DNA from: an uncultured Myxococcales bacterium
GTDB taxonomy: Bacteria; Myxococcota_A; UBA9160; SZUA-336
Assembly (NCBI GenBank): GCA_964557495.1
Contig: CAZLBF010000120.1
Span: 1 to 53,206 of the forward strand
DNA: 53,206 nucleotides
Direction of reading: 5' to 3'
Position numbers and translations under genes: made by a program. Every line of letters starts with the position of its first letter. The stretch's first letter is position 1. The notes beneath the pieces were generated by a model. The model saw nothing but the letters and a program-made list of their open reading frames with translations. It was not told the origin of the DNA and did no database searches. Below, piece by piece: positions 35,257 to 45,658 of the stretch.

Positions 35257-36137
35257 TCCAGTGTCCCGAGCAAGGGTTCGTTGACCCGGATCGTCGCCTG
35301 AGCCCGGAGCTCCCGGAGCCACGGCCGCCGCAGCTCCTCGAGCCGGCCCTCCTGGAGCTCGGCGCGGATCTGCTCGCGGGCGCCATCGAGCGTCGGCTCC
35401 GAGGCCGGGATCTTCCGCTCTAGCCGAAAGACGTGAAATCCGTAGGGAGATTCGATCACGTCGGAGAGCTTGCCGCTGCGCAGCCGGAATACCCCGTCGA
35501 ACGCCTCCGGCATATGGCCGCGGGCGAACGGCGGCAACAGACCGCCCTCGGCGGCCTCCGGACCGATGCTCCACTCGCGCGCCAGCTCGCCGAAGTCGGC
35601 CCCCGAGCGCAGCTCGCCGAGCAGACGCCGAGCCAGGGCGCGCTCCTGCACCACGATCTGCCGGACCTGTGCGCGCTCGGGCGAGCCGAATCGCTCTCGG
35701 TTCTCCTCGAAGAAGAGCACGATGGCGCTCTCGCCCACGCGGATCCGCTCGACGAGCTCCACGAGTGCGACCCGATCGAGCAGGATCTGGCGGCGCACCG
35801 TCTCGCGGTACTCCGCGTCCGCCATGAAGGCCTGCTCGCCGAACAGGGACTCGAGTCGAGCCTCGAGCTCGGCATCGGTTACGGAGAGCTCCAGCTCCTC
35901 CGCCCGGTTCAGCACCACGCGCTCGTCGACGAGGCGTTCGAGCTCGACGAGGATGATCTCGCGGCGCGGCGTGTCGGGCTCGTCGCTCGAGCGCGGATCG
36001 ACCGCGGCCATGAGCTGCGAGAGCCGAATCGTCACCCCGTCCACCTCGCCGATCCAGGGATCTCCCTGGCCGCCGTCGCAGGCGGTGAGTAGGAGCGCGG
36101 CGAGTGCGATCGCCGCGCTGATCGAGATCCGCTTCAT
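35253..36137 (-). CDS. Parvulin-type peptidyl-prolyl isomerase lipoprotein (PrsA/PpiD-like)
   Basis: 294 aa with lipobox LLLTAC and a PpiC-type rotamase domain (VRQIVV...GGLLPPFARGHMPEAFDGVFRL..G..SDVIESPYGFHVFRL). Its ATG overlaps the mfd stop. Confidence 0.85.
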   Translation of the reverse strand: MKRISISAAIALAALLLTACDGGQGDPWIGEVDGVTIRLSQLMAAVDPRSSDEPDTPRREIILVELERLVDERVVLNRAEELELSVTDAELEARLESLFGEQAFMADAEYRETVRRQILLDRVALVELVERIRVGESAIVLFFEENRERFGSPERAQVRQIVVQERALARRLLGELRSGADFGELAREWSIGPEAAEGGLLPPFARGHMPEAFDGVFRLRSGKLSDVIESPYGFHVFRLERKIPASEPTLDGAREQIRAELQEGRLEELRRPWLRELRAQATIRVNEPLLGTLE

Positions 36138-39100
36138 GCTGCGCTCCCCACGTTGGCCGGCGCTGCCCGCTCGGGCGCGAGCAGCTCGAGGAGGCCGAAC
36201 GCCTCCGGGATGGCGTCCTCGCTCCGCCGGAGCTTGAGGTGGATGCGATGGTCCGGGCTGACCCGGTAGGGCGAGCCCGGCTGGTCGATCAGGCGCATCA
36301 GACGGCCCGGCTCGATCCGCGGCTGGTCGCTGACGCGCAGCACGAGCTCCGCCCCCTGCGTCTCGGCGCTCTCGATCCCCAGATCGCGGCAGCGGATCTT
36401 GAGTCGGATCACCTCGAGCAGATTCTGCGCTTCGGCTGGAAGTGGGCCGAAGCGATCGATCAGGTCGGCGCGCACCTCGCGTACCTCCTCGTCGTCGCGC
36501 GATGACGAGAGCTGCTTGTAGAGCACCAGGCGCTGACTCACGTTCGATACGTAGACCTCGGGCAGGAGCGCGGGCACCGGCATGCGCACCTCGGGCTCGA
36601 CCGCTCTCCGCGCCGGCTGGCCACGCAGCTCCGCGATCGCCTCTTCGAGCATGTCCATGTACAGGTCGTAGCCGACCGCGGCCATGTGCCCGGACTGCTC
36701 CGAGCCGAGCAGGTTTCCGGCACCCCGGATCTCGAGGTCGTTCGTGGCGAGCCGGAAGCCCGCGCCGAGCTCCGACAGATCCTGGATCGCGTCGATCCGG
36801 CGCCGCGCGTCTTCGCTGAGGCCGCCCTGCGCGGGCAGGAACAGGTAGGCGTAGGCGCGGCGGTCGCTGCGTCCCACGCGCCCCCGCAGCTGGTGTAGCT
36901 GTGCGAGGCCGAAGCGGTCGGCGCGGTGGATCAGGATCGTGTTCGAGTTCGGAATGTCGAGTCCCGACTCGATGATCGCGGTGCACACGAGCACATCCCA
37001 ATCGCGCTCGAGGAAGCCGATCATGACCTCTTCGAGCTGGTGACCCGGCATCTGGCCGTGCGCGACGCACACCCTGGCCTCGGGGACGAGGCCCTGCACG
37101 TACTCGCCGATCTCGCTGATGGTCTCGACGCGGTTGTGCACGAAGAAGACCTGGCCGCCGCGGCGCAGCTCGCGCTGGATCGCCTCGGTCACCATCTCGT
37201 CGCTCATGCGCGCCACCTGCGTGCGCACCGCGATCCGGTCGGGCGGGGGGGTGGCGATGACCGAGAGGTCGCGCATGCCCGAGAGCGCCATGTGGAGCGT
37301 GCGGGGGATGGGCGTCGCCGTCAGGGTCAGGGTGTCGACGAGCTTGCGCAGCTGCTTCAGGCGCTCCTTGTGGACGACGCCGAACCGGTGCTCCTCGTCG
37401 ATCACCAGTAGACCGAGATTCCGGAACAGGATGTCCTTGGAGAGCAGGCGGTGGGTCCCGACCACGACGTCGATCCGACCCGCCGCGAGCTGGTCCCGGA
37501 CCTCGCGAACCTGCTTGGGCTTCGAGAAGCGCGACAGTGACGCGACCTCGACCGGTGTGCCGGAGAAACGCTCCTCGAGCGTCTTGAGATGCTGCTGGCA
37601 GAGCACCGTCGTGGGCACCAGCACGGCGACCTGGCGTCCCGACATCGCGACGAGGTAGGCCGCGCGAGACGCGACCTCGGTCTTGCCGAAGCCGACGTCG
37701 CCACACACGACCCGGTCCATCGGCCGCTCGCGCTGCAGATCGGCCAGCATCTCCTCGGTCGCGCGGCGCTGGTCGGGCGTGTCCTCGTAGGGAAAGCTCG
37801 CCTCGAACTCCTCGTAGTCCCTTCCCGGCGCCGGGTAGGGTGTGCGCTCCAGCACCTCGCGCGCGGCGTGGATGGCGAGCAGCTCGTGGGCCATGTCGCG
37901 CACCGCGCGGCTCACCTTTTTCTTTGCGCGCGCCCAGACCTGGCCGCCGAGCCGGTCGAGGAGCGGCGGCGCGCCCTCGACGCCCGAGTAGCGCTGGACC
38001 TGCGCCAGGCGCGAGACGGGGAGGTAGAGCTTGTCCGCCTCGCGATAGCGGATCAGCAGGAACTCCTGGCGGATCCCGGCCAGATCGAGCTGCACCAGGC
38101 CGCCGTAGCTGCCGATGCCGTGCTCGGCGTGCACCAGGTAGTCCCCGTCCTCGATCTGTGCCAGGCGGTCGATCGACTGTCCTTCTCGGATCGAGCGCAC
38201 GGGCCTGCGGTGGACGCGTTCGCCGAACACGTCCTCCTCGCTCACGACCACGAGGGAGTCGAATGGAAGCTCGAAGCCGGCGGGGAGCGGCGCCACTGCG
38301 ATCTCGGCGCTTCCCGGCTCGGGAAGCTCCTTCCAGGCCCGGCCGGCCGGCTCGCCTTGCGTCGCCGCCTCGCCCGCCGAGGCTCGCACGATCGGCAGCT
38401 CGTGCCCGTACTCCTTCAGGATGTCCGCCATGCGATCGGCCGCAGAGAGCGATGGACACGCGATGCGGATCCGCCTCCCCGCCTCGAGCCAGCCGGTGAT
38501 CCGCTCGGAGAGTGGCTCCAGCGCCCGGCCAGACCCGCGGCGAGCCTGGATCTGGCGCCGCAGCTCCGAGTGATCTCCCGAGGCCAGGTCCAGGCACTCC
38601 TCGTCGCTTCCCGTCTCGAGCGACCCGAACGTGTCGAGCATCAGCGGCCGGCGCTCTGCCACCGCGCTCCAGGCGTCGGTATCGGTGGCGTACAGCGACA
38701 GGGGATCGCACACCAGCCAGTCCTTTGCCTCGGCGCGCGCGTGGCTCTGGAACACCTCTTCGGTGTACTCGGCGGCCCGGGCGGCACCGGCCTCGGGATC
38801 GGCGACGATGACGAGTGAGCCCTCCGGCAGGTAGTCGAAGCAGGTCTCGAGGTGCTCGTGGAGCAGCGGCTCCAGGCTCTCGACCCCCGGGGGTGCGTAG
38901 CGTCGCGCGAGCGCCTCGGTGACCTCGTAGAGAGTCGACTCGGGCACCTTGCGGTCGCGGCCCAGCGCGCGAACGCGCTGGAGAAGCTCGTCCGAATCGA
39001 CCGGCAGCCGGAACGAGCGAGGGGGAATCGCGACGCAGGATCGAAGCTCCTCGTCCGAGCGCTGGGTCAGGGGATCGAAGTGGCGGATCGATCCGATGTT

Positions 39101-39700
39101 CTCGAACTCGAACTCGAGACGCAGCGGGCGGTCGAGCTGCGGCGGAAAGAGATCCAGGATGCCGCCGCGGGCGGCCACCTCTCCCCGCTCCTCGACGAGC
39201 GTGCTGCGGTGATACCCGGCGGTGACGAGCACCTCGAGCAGCGCGTCGCGGTCGCTGGTCATGCCGCGCTCGAGGTGCGTGACGCGGCCCCGGAGCTCGG
39301 CGCGGGGCGGCACCCGCCGGAGCAGTGCCGACCACGGCGCAACGAGGGTGAGCGGGGTCCCGCCATCGGACGCGAGGAGCTTGTAGAGCAGGCTCATGCG
39401 GCGGGCCTCGAGGTCGGGATGCGGCGAGAAGCGGTCGAAGGGGGCCGTGTCGTAGCGGGGCAGCAGGCTCGCTTCGTGGCCCGGCGCAAAGGTCTGGAGG
39501 TCGCTCGCGAACCGCTCGGCGCGCTTGGAGGTCGGCGCCACGATCAGGATCGGGCCGGGATGCGCATCCCGCAGGCGCGACACGAGGAACGGGCCCGCGC
39601 TGCCCCGGACTCGGAGCAGCCGCAGTGCCCGCTCCCGTTCGAGCACGCGATCTGTGAGCTCCGCCAGCCGCAGGTCCGAATTCCCTTCTCGAAGACGCAC
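36134..39700 (-). CDS. mfd: Transcription-repair coupling factor
   Basis: UvrB-homology N-terminus, an RNAP-interaction domain, superfamily-2 helicase motifs (CGDVGFGKTEVA, DEEHRFGV) and the TRG motif are present. I propose a GTG start at 39700 (1188 aa). The track ORF start at 39856 would overlap the upstream gene. Confidence 0.95.
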   Translation of the reverse strand: MRLREGNSDLRLAELTDRVLERERALRLLRVRGSAGPFLVSRLRDAHPGPILIVAPTSKRAERFASDLQTFAPGHEASLLPRYDTAPFDRFSPHPDLEARRMSLLYKLLASDGGTPLTLVAPWSALLRRVPPRAELRGRVTHLERGMTSDRDALLEVLVTAGYHRSTLVEERGEVAARGGILDLFPPQLDRPLRLEFEFENIGSIRHFDPLTQRSDEELRSCVAIPPRSFRLPVDSDELLQRVRALGRDRKVPESTLYEVTEALARRYAPPGVESLEPLLHEHLETCFDYLPEGSLVIVADPEAGAARAAEYTEEVFQSHARAEAKDWLVCDPLSLYATDTDAWSAVAERRPLMLDTFGSLETGSDEECLDLASGDHSELRRQIQARRGSGRALEPLSERITGWLEAGRRIRIACPSLSAADRMADILKEYGHELPIVRASAGEAATQGEPAGRAWKELPEPGSAEIAVAPLPAGFELPFDSLVVVSEEDVFGERVHRRPVRSIREGQSIDRLAQIEDGDYLVHAEHGIGSYGGLVQLDLAGIRQEFLLIRYREADKLYLPVSRLAQVQRYSGVEGAPPLLDRLGGQVWARAKKKVSRAVRDMAHELLAIHAAREVLERTPYPAPGRDYEEFEASFPYEDTPDQRRATEEMLADLQRERPMDRVVCGDVGFGKTEVASRAAYLVAMSGRQVAVLVPTTVLCQQHLKTLEERFSGTPVEVASLSRFSKPKQVREVRDQLAAGRIDVVVGTHRLLSKDILFRNLGLLVIDEEHRFGVVHKERLKQLRKLVDTLTLTATPIPRTLHMALSGMRDLSVIATPPPDRIAVRTQVARMSDEMVTEAIQRELRRGGQVFFVHNRVETISEIGEYVQGLVPEARVCVAHGQMPGHQLEEVMIGFLERDWDVLVCTAIIESGLDIPNSNTILIHRADRFGLAQLHQLRGRVGRSDRRAYAYLFLPAQGGLSEDARRRIDAIQDLSELGAGFRLATNDLEIRGAGNLLGSEQSGHMAAVGYDLYMDMLEEAIAELRGQPARRAVEPEVRMPVPALLPEVYVSNVSQRLVLYKQLSSSRDDEEVREVRADLIDRFGPLPAEAQNLLEVIRLKIRCRDLGIESAETQGAELVLRVSDQPRIEPGRLMRLIDQPGSPYRVSPDHRIHLKLRRSEDAIPEAFGLLELLAPERAAPANVGSAA

Positions 39701-39705
39701 GAGTG

Positions 39706-39730
39706 CCCCCCTTCTCGGCGAGAAGGGGGG
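39706..39730 (-). promoter_or_regulatory. Perfect 11-bp stem / 3-nt loop hairpin between the GT4 stop and the mfd start, containing the mfd Shine-Dalgarno
   Basis: CCCCCCTTCTC-GGC-GAGAAGGGGGG read directly from the sequence. On the mRNA the 3' arm GAGAAGGGGGG ends 5 nt before the GTG at 39700. No U-tract follows the stem. Confidence 0.7.
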
Positions 39731-39734
39731 TAGG

Positions 39735-40823
39735 TCAGGGCCGCGAAGTATACGAGCGCCCCCGGGGCGTCGCCATCCGCCGCGCGGCTCTGGATCCCGC
39801 ATCGATGGCTCGCTCCAGGCAACGCTCCAGGCGTTCGGCGACCGCTGCCGGAGCATTGCGCGCCAGCGCGCGCGCGCGGGCCGTCTCCCGCACGGTGCGC
39901 AGGAGCTCGGGGCAGTCGATCAGCTCGGCGGCCCGCCGTGCGAAGGCCTGCGGCGACGGCTCGCCCTCCAGGATGAAGGCGTCGAGGCCGTCCACCATGC
40001 CCGGTGCCCCGGGCGCGGTGCAGAGCGCCGGAACGCCCGAGATCTGGTGGGCGATCAGCTTCATCGGGAAGCCCCCGCCGAGCGAGCGCGGCACCAGCGC
40101 GAGGTCGGCGCACTCGGGTCGCTCGAGCGGTGATGACGCATAGACCAGGCGCGCATCGGGATGCTTCTCGCGGACGCGCGCCAGCGCCGAGTCGAGCCAG
40201 GCCAGGTTCTGGTACGGGTCCAGGTTCCCTTCATAGTAGAGCGTCCGGCCATTCCCCCGCTGCATCGGTGGCTCGTCCGGGTCGAAGGGCGGCGGGATCC
40301 AGTCGACGCGCGGATCGGGATCGCTCCCGCGTCCGAGTGCAACGATCCGCGTCGCGAGTCGCTCCGCCAGGCCCTCCGCGATCCGTCCGAGAGCCCTCGC
40401 GGGCCCGGGCCAGCGGCTCGCACCGGCGAGCTCCTCGGCGAAGTGGCTGTGACGCACGTAGACCACCGGGCGGGCCAGCCAGCGCCCGACCAGGCCGGCG
40501 ATGACGCCCCCCTCGACGTTGTGCCCCATCAGCACGTCGGGAAGCACCTCGGGACGGCGACTCAGCGCGGCTCTCAGCACCAGCGCGTCATCGATGGCGC
40601 GACGCAGCGACAGGCGCGAGTCGACGCGCCGGCCGCCCGCCGCCAGGCCGGCCCGGATCACCCAGGGCGGCACGGGCCGGCTCGGCTCGCCGAAGCGGTG
40701 AGCCAGGAGCTCGACCCGGTGGCCGCGCTCCTGGAGACCCCGCGTCATGCGCTCGATCAGGAGCTGCGAGCCGCGCCCCGCCGGGAACGGGCAGGCCGCC
40801 ACGATCCGCACGTCGAGGCTCAT
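39735..40823 (-). CDS. Glycosyltransferase, GT-B fold (GT4/GT1-like)
   Basis: This is the C-terminal 362 codons of the 678-aa track ORF. It has an N-terminal Gly-rich acceptor-domain start (RIVAACPFPAGRGSQ) and a C-terminal donor-domain region (GGGFPMKLIAHQISGVPAL). Confidence 0.75.
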   Translation of the reverse strand: MSLDVRIVAACPFPAGRGSQLLIERMTRGLQERGHRVELLAHRFGEPSRPVPPWVIRAGLAAGGRRVDSRLSLRRAIDDALVLRAALSRRPEVLPDVLMGHNVEGGVIAGLVGRWLARPVVYVRHSHFAEELAGASRWPGPARALGRIAEGLAERLATRIVALGRGSDPDPRVDWIPPPFDPDEPPMQRGNGRTLYYEGNLDPYQNLAWLDSALARVREKHPDARLVYASSPLERPECADLALVPRSLGGGFPMKLIAHQISGVPALCTAPGAPGMVDGLDAFILEGEPSPQAFARRAAELIDCPELLRTVRETARARALARNAPAAVAERLERCLERAIDAGSRAARRMATPRGRSYTSRP

Positions 40824-41503
40824 CGGAGCTTGTGACGCAGCGAGATCAGCTCTCGCAGCGCCACCAGGATGACGCGCGGCCGGGCGCCCGAGGCGCGGCC
40901 TGCCGCACGCCGGAAATGACGCACGGGAACCTGCCGGATCCGGAAGCCGGCCGCGCGCGCGCGGACCAGGATCTCGGTGTTCACGAAGGCGCCCACGGAC
41001 TCGATCGGGATCGCCTCCAGCACGCGGCGCCGGAAGAGCTTGAAGGCACAGTCCACGTCCCGGACCCGCAGGCCGTACAGGAGTCGGATCAGCAGGCCCC
41101 AGCCCCAGGCGAGCAGGAGCCGGGCGGGCGGATCCCGCCGGGGGGCGCGATAGCCCGCCACGATGTCGACGTCCTCGCTCGCCTCGATCAGCTCGCGCAG
41201 GTCCGCCAGATCGAACTGGAGATCGGCGTCGGTAAACAGGACCCACTCCATGCGAGCGGCCCGCAGGCCGGTCCGCAGCGCCGCCCCGTAGCCGCGGTTG
41301 CGGTCGTGACGCAACGTCCGGACACCTTCGTGACGCGCCGCGAGCGCCAGCGTGGAGTCGCGGCTGCCGTCGTCCACCACCACGATCTCGAACTCCTTGG
41401 TCATCCGGGGGAGGATGTCCAGTGCCTGACGCAGCACCGCGTCGATGTTGTCCGCCTCGTCGAGAGCGGGGAGCACCAGCGTGACCGAGGGGAGCTGCGT
41501 CAT
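40820..41503 (-). CDS. GT2-family glycosyltransferase (polyprenol-phosphate glycosyltransferase-like)
   Basis: 227 aa with VTLVLPALDEADNI, VVDDGSRD, NRGYGAALRTG and TDADLQ (DxD) motifs. The ATG at 41503 overlaps the upstream stop. Confidence 0.88.
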   Translation of the reverse strand: MTQLPSVTLVLPALDEADNIDAVLRQALDILPRMTKEFEIVVVDDGSRDSTLALAARHEGVRTLRHDRNRGYGAALRTGLRAARMEWVLFTDADLQFDLADLRELIEASEDVDIVAGYRAPRRDPPARLLLAWGWGLLIRLLYGLRVRDVDCAFKLFRRRVLEAIPIESVGAFVNTEILVRARAAGFRIRQVPVRHFRRAAGRASGARPRVILVALRELISLRHKLR

Positions 41504-43098
41504 CCGAGATATCCCAGTGCGCGCAGGCGGCGTTCGAGCCGGGCCGACTGGCTGGCGCTGAGGCGAGCGCCCACCGTACGGGGCCTGACGCGCGGCGACT
41601 GCTCCGACCAGCGCGGGGCGGGTGCGAGGGCCTGCAGCGGCCGCCCCTCCATCCAGGCCGGGATCGGGACCCCGAGAGCGGCCAGCAGCGTGGGTGCCAG
41701 ATCGCCGATCCACGCATCCGAGATGCTCGATGACGCACTCCTTGACGCGGCGACGGGCCCCCCTGCGGCATACAGCAGGCCGTCTCTCCGGTGCTCGCCG
41801 TTCAGGCCCGCACCGCGCACCCCGTCCAGCTCCCCGCTGCGAAGCTGCCGGCACGCGGGCCCGGTGTAGCGGGGAGGCGTGCGGACCAGGCCGTGACGCA
41901 GCTCGAGCAGCAGGTGGGGAGCCCGGCTGCGCAGGGGTCCCCGGTAGAGATCCTCCCTCCGGTAGACTCGCGTCACGGCTTCCCAGGCGCGGAGCTTGCG
42001 GATTAGCTCCTCCTTGCGGCGCGGCTCGAGGATCCAGACTCCGGGCAGCGTGCTCGACTCCTCGGAGAAGGCGGCCGAGCGCTCGGAGTCGATCTCGCCG
42101 AGCCGCAGCGCGGTCTCCACGCCGGCCGCAGAATTGCCCCTAAGCCCTCGAAATAGCAGCGATTGCAGCTCGCGCGGGAGCCATCCCAGAGCCGCGGCGC
42201 GCAGCACCCCGGCCGCCCGCGCGGCCCCGCTCCGACGGCGCACCAGGAAACCCTGCTGCTCGAGCCAGCGGTTCAGGTGGACCACGCGGTCGGAGGCCGG
42301 TCCCATGCCGTGGTCCGAGAGCGCGATGCAGAGCGCGTCATCCGGAATGACGCGCCGGAGCTCGCCGACCGCGCGATCCAGCGCGTCATACACGTCCGGA
42401 ACCACGCTCGCGAGCTCGGCCCGCGAGCCGTCGTGGCGGGCCGAGCTCGAGTCGAAGTAGCGCCAGAAGTGGTGCCCGGCCGTGTCGGCCGCCTGGAAGT
42501 GCACGCAGAAGAGGTCCCAAGGACCCTCGGCGAGGAGCCGCTTTGCCTGGGCCAGCCGGCGCTCGACCGACTCCAGGATCCGGTTCCGAGCCGCCGCGTG
42601 CCAGCCGCGCCCCTTCCGACCCTCGGGCAAGGTCGACGTCCTCAGGTCCAGACCCTGGCGCCGCAGCCTCTGCCACAGCTCGAGCGGGTGGAGCGCCGCC
42701 GGGTCGGGCTTGCCCGTGAACGGCGAGTCGAAGCCGGCGAGCATCGCGCCGCGCCTCAGGTCGGAGACGGGGTAGGTCGAGGGAACCCCGATGCAGCAGA
42801 CGCGGCGGGCCGCCGCGTCGAGCAGCTCGAACAGGGTCGGCACCTGGCGGTCGGCTGCGTTCTGGAAGCGGATGCGCCCCCCCTCGAGCGCGGTGAAGTC
42901 GAAGAGGCCGTGGCGGTCCGGTCCGACGCCGGTCAGGAAGGTGGACCAGGCCGGAATCGAGGCGGGGGGGAAGCTGGACCGCAGGCGTCCAGAAACCCCC
43001 TTCGCCGCAAGCTCGGCGAGGTTCGGCAGCCGCCCGGCCCGGCGCAGCTCTGCAACCAGGTCGGGGTCGAGGCCATCGAGGCCGATGATCAGGATCAA
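41500..43098 (-). CDS. Alkaline-phosphatase-superfamily type I phosphodiesterase / nucleotide pyrophosphatase family protein
   Basis: ILIIGLDGLD metal-site motif, FPPASIPAWSTFLTG nucleophile region and LSDHGMG are present. I propose a TTG start at 43098. The start is uncertain. Confidence 0.7.
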   Translation of the reverse strand: MILIIGLDGLDPDLVAELRRAGRLPNLAELAAKGVSGRLRSSFPPASIPAWSTFLTGVGPDRHGLFDFTALEGGRIRFQNAADRQVPTLFELLDAAARRVCCIGVPSTYPVSDLRRGAMLAGFDSPFTGKPDPAALHPLELWQRLRRQGLDLRTSTLPEGRKGRGWHAAARNRILESVERRLAQAKRLLAEGPWDLFCVHFQAADTAGHHFWRYFDSSSARHDGSRAELASVVPDVYDALDRAVGELRRVIPDDALCIALSDHGMGPASDRVVHLNRWLEQQGFLVRRRSGAARAAGVLRAAALGWLPRELQSLLFRGLRGNSAAGVETALRLGEIDSERSAAFSEESSTLPGVWILEPRRKEELIRKLRAWEAVTRVYRREDLYRGPLRSRAPHLLLELRHGLVRTPPRYTGPACRQLRSGELDGVRGAGLNGEHRRDGLLYAAGGPVAASRSASSSISDAWIGDLAPTLLAALGVPIPAWMEGRPLQALAPAPRWSEQSPRVRPRTVGARLSASQSARLERRLRALGYLG

Positions 43099-43279
43099 TC
43101 TCGCGCGCCGCTCCCCTGGTCTTCCCGGCCCGACGCTCGGCGGGTGGCCGTCGCGCGCTCCCCGGGGCCCGGCTATACTGCGGCGCCCTCGGGTCGAGCT
43201 TCGTGCCGAGAGTCGGCCCGTGGTTCCTGCCCCGCAAGGTGCCGCCCGGCGCGCGCCTCGGCAATCGCGGAGATGAGAG

Positions 43280-43927
43280 ATGGGCGTGGAATTGGTCGGA
43301 CGCAAGCTCGGAATGACCCAGATCTTCAACGACAAGGGCGACCGGATCCCGGTCACCGTCGTCCGGGCGGGCCCCTGCACGGTGGTGCAGAAGAAGACGC
43401 AGGAGACCGACGGCTACTCCGCGCTCCAGCTCGGCTTCGAGGATCGCAAGGAGAAGCACACCACGCGCGCGATGCAGGGGCACTTCGGTAAGGCCTCCAC
43501 GTCTCCGAAGCGCGTGCTGTACGAGGTGCGCGTCAGCCCCGAAGCTCTCGAGAGCTTCGAGCTCGGCCAGGCGCTGGACTGCTCGAGCTTCGAGGAGGGA
43601 CAGAGGGTCGACGTCTCCGGCACGAGCAAGGGGCGTGGCTTCACGGGAGTGGTCAAGCGCTGGGGCTTCAAGAAGCACAGCCAGACGCACGGCACGCACG
43701 AGTTCTTCCGCCACGGCGGCGCGATCTCGGCGGGGGCGTACCCCGGAAGGGTGCTGCCCGGCAAGAAGATGGCGGGGCAGTACGGCAACGAGCGCGTCAC
43801 GACGCAGGACCTGCGCATCGTGAAGGTCGACGCGGAGCGCAACCTGCTCTTCATTCGCGGCGCCGTTCCGGGCCACCGTGACGGCATCGTTCACGTCCGG
43901 CCTACGGTGCGCGGGCCACAGGCGTAG
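43280..43927 (+). CDS. rplC: 50S ribosomal protein L3 (outside an S10-operon context)
   Basis: 215 aa, full-length L3: VGRKLGMTQIF, GYSALQLGF, VSGTSKGRGFTGVVKRWGF and GKKMAGQYGNERVTTQNL-like motifs. GGAG lies upstream. Confidence 0.93.
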   Translation: MGVELVGRKLGMTQIFNDKGDRIPVTVVRAGPCTVVQKKTQETDGYSALQLGFEDRKEKHTTRAMQGHFGKASTSPKRVLYEVRVSPEALESFELGQALDCSSFEEGQRVDVSGTSKGRGFTGVVKRWGFKKHSQTHGTHEFFRHGGAISAGAYPGRVLPGKKMAGQYGNERVTTQDLRIVKVDAERNLLFIRGAVPGHRDGIVHVRPTVRGPQA

Positions 43928-44001
43928 CGGGCACGTCTCGCTACGACCCGCGCGACCCCTTCTATCGCCGCGCCCACGCGGCGGGGTATCGGTCGCGCGG
44001 C

Positions 44002-45658
<1,657 letters not shown>

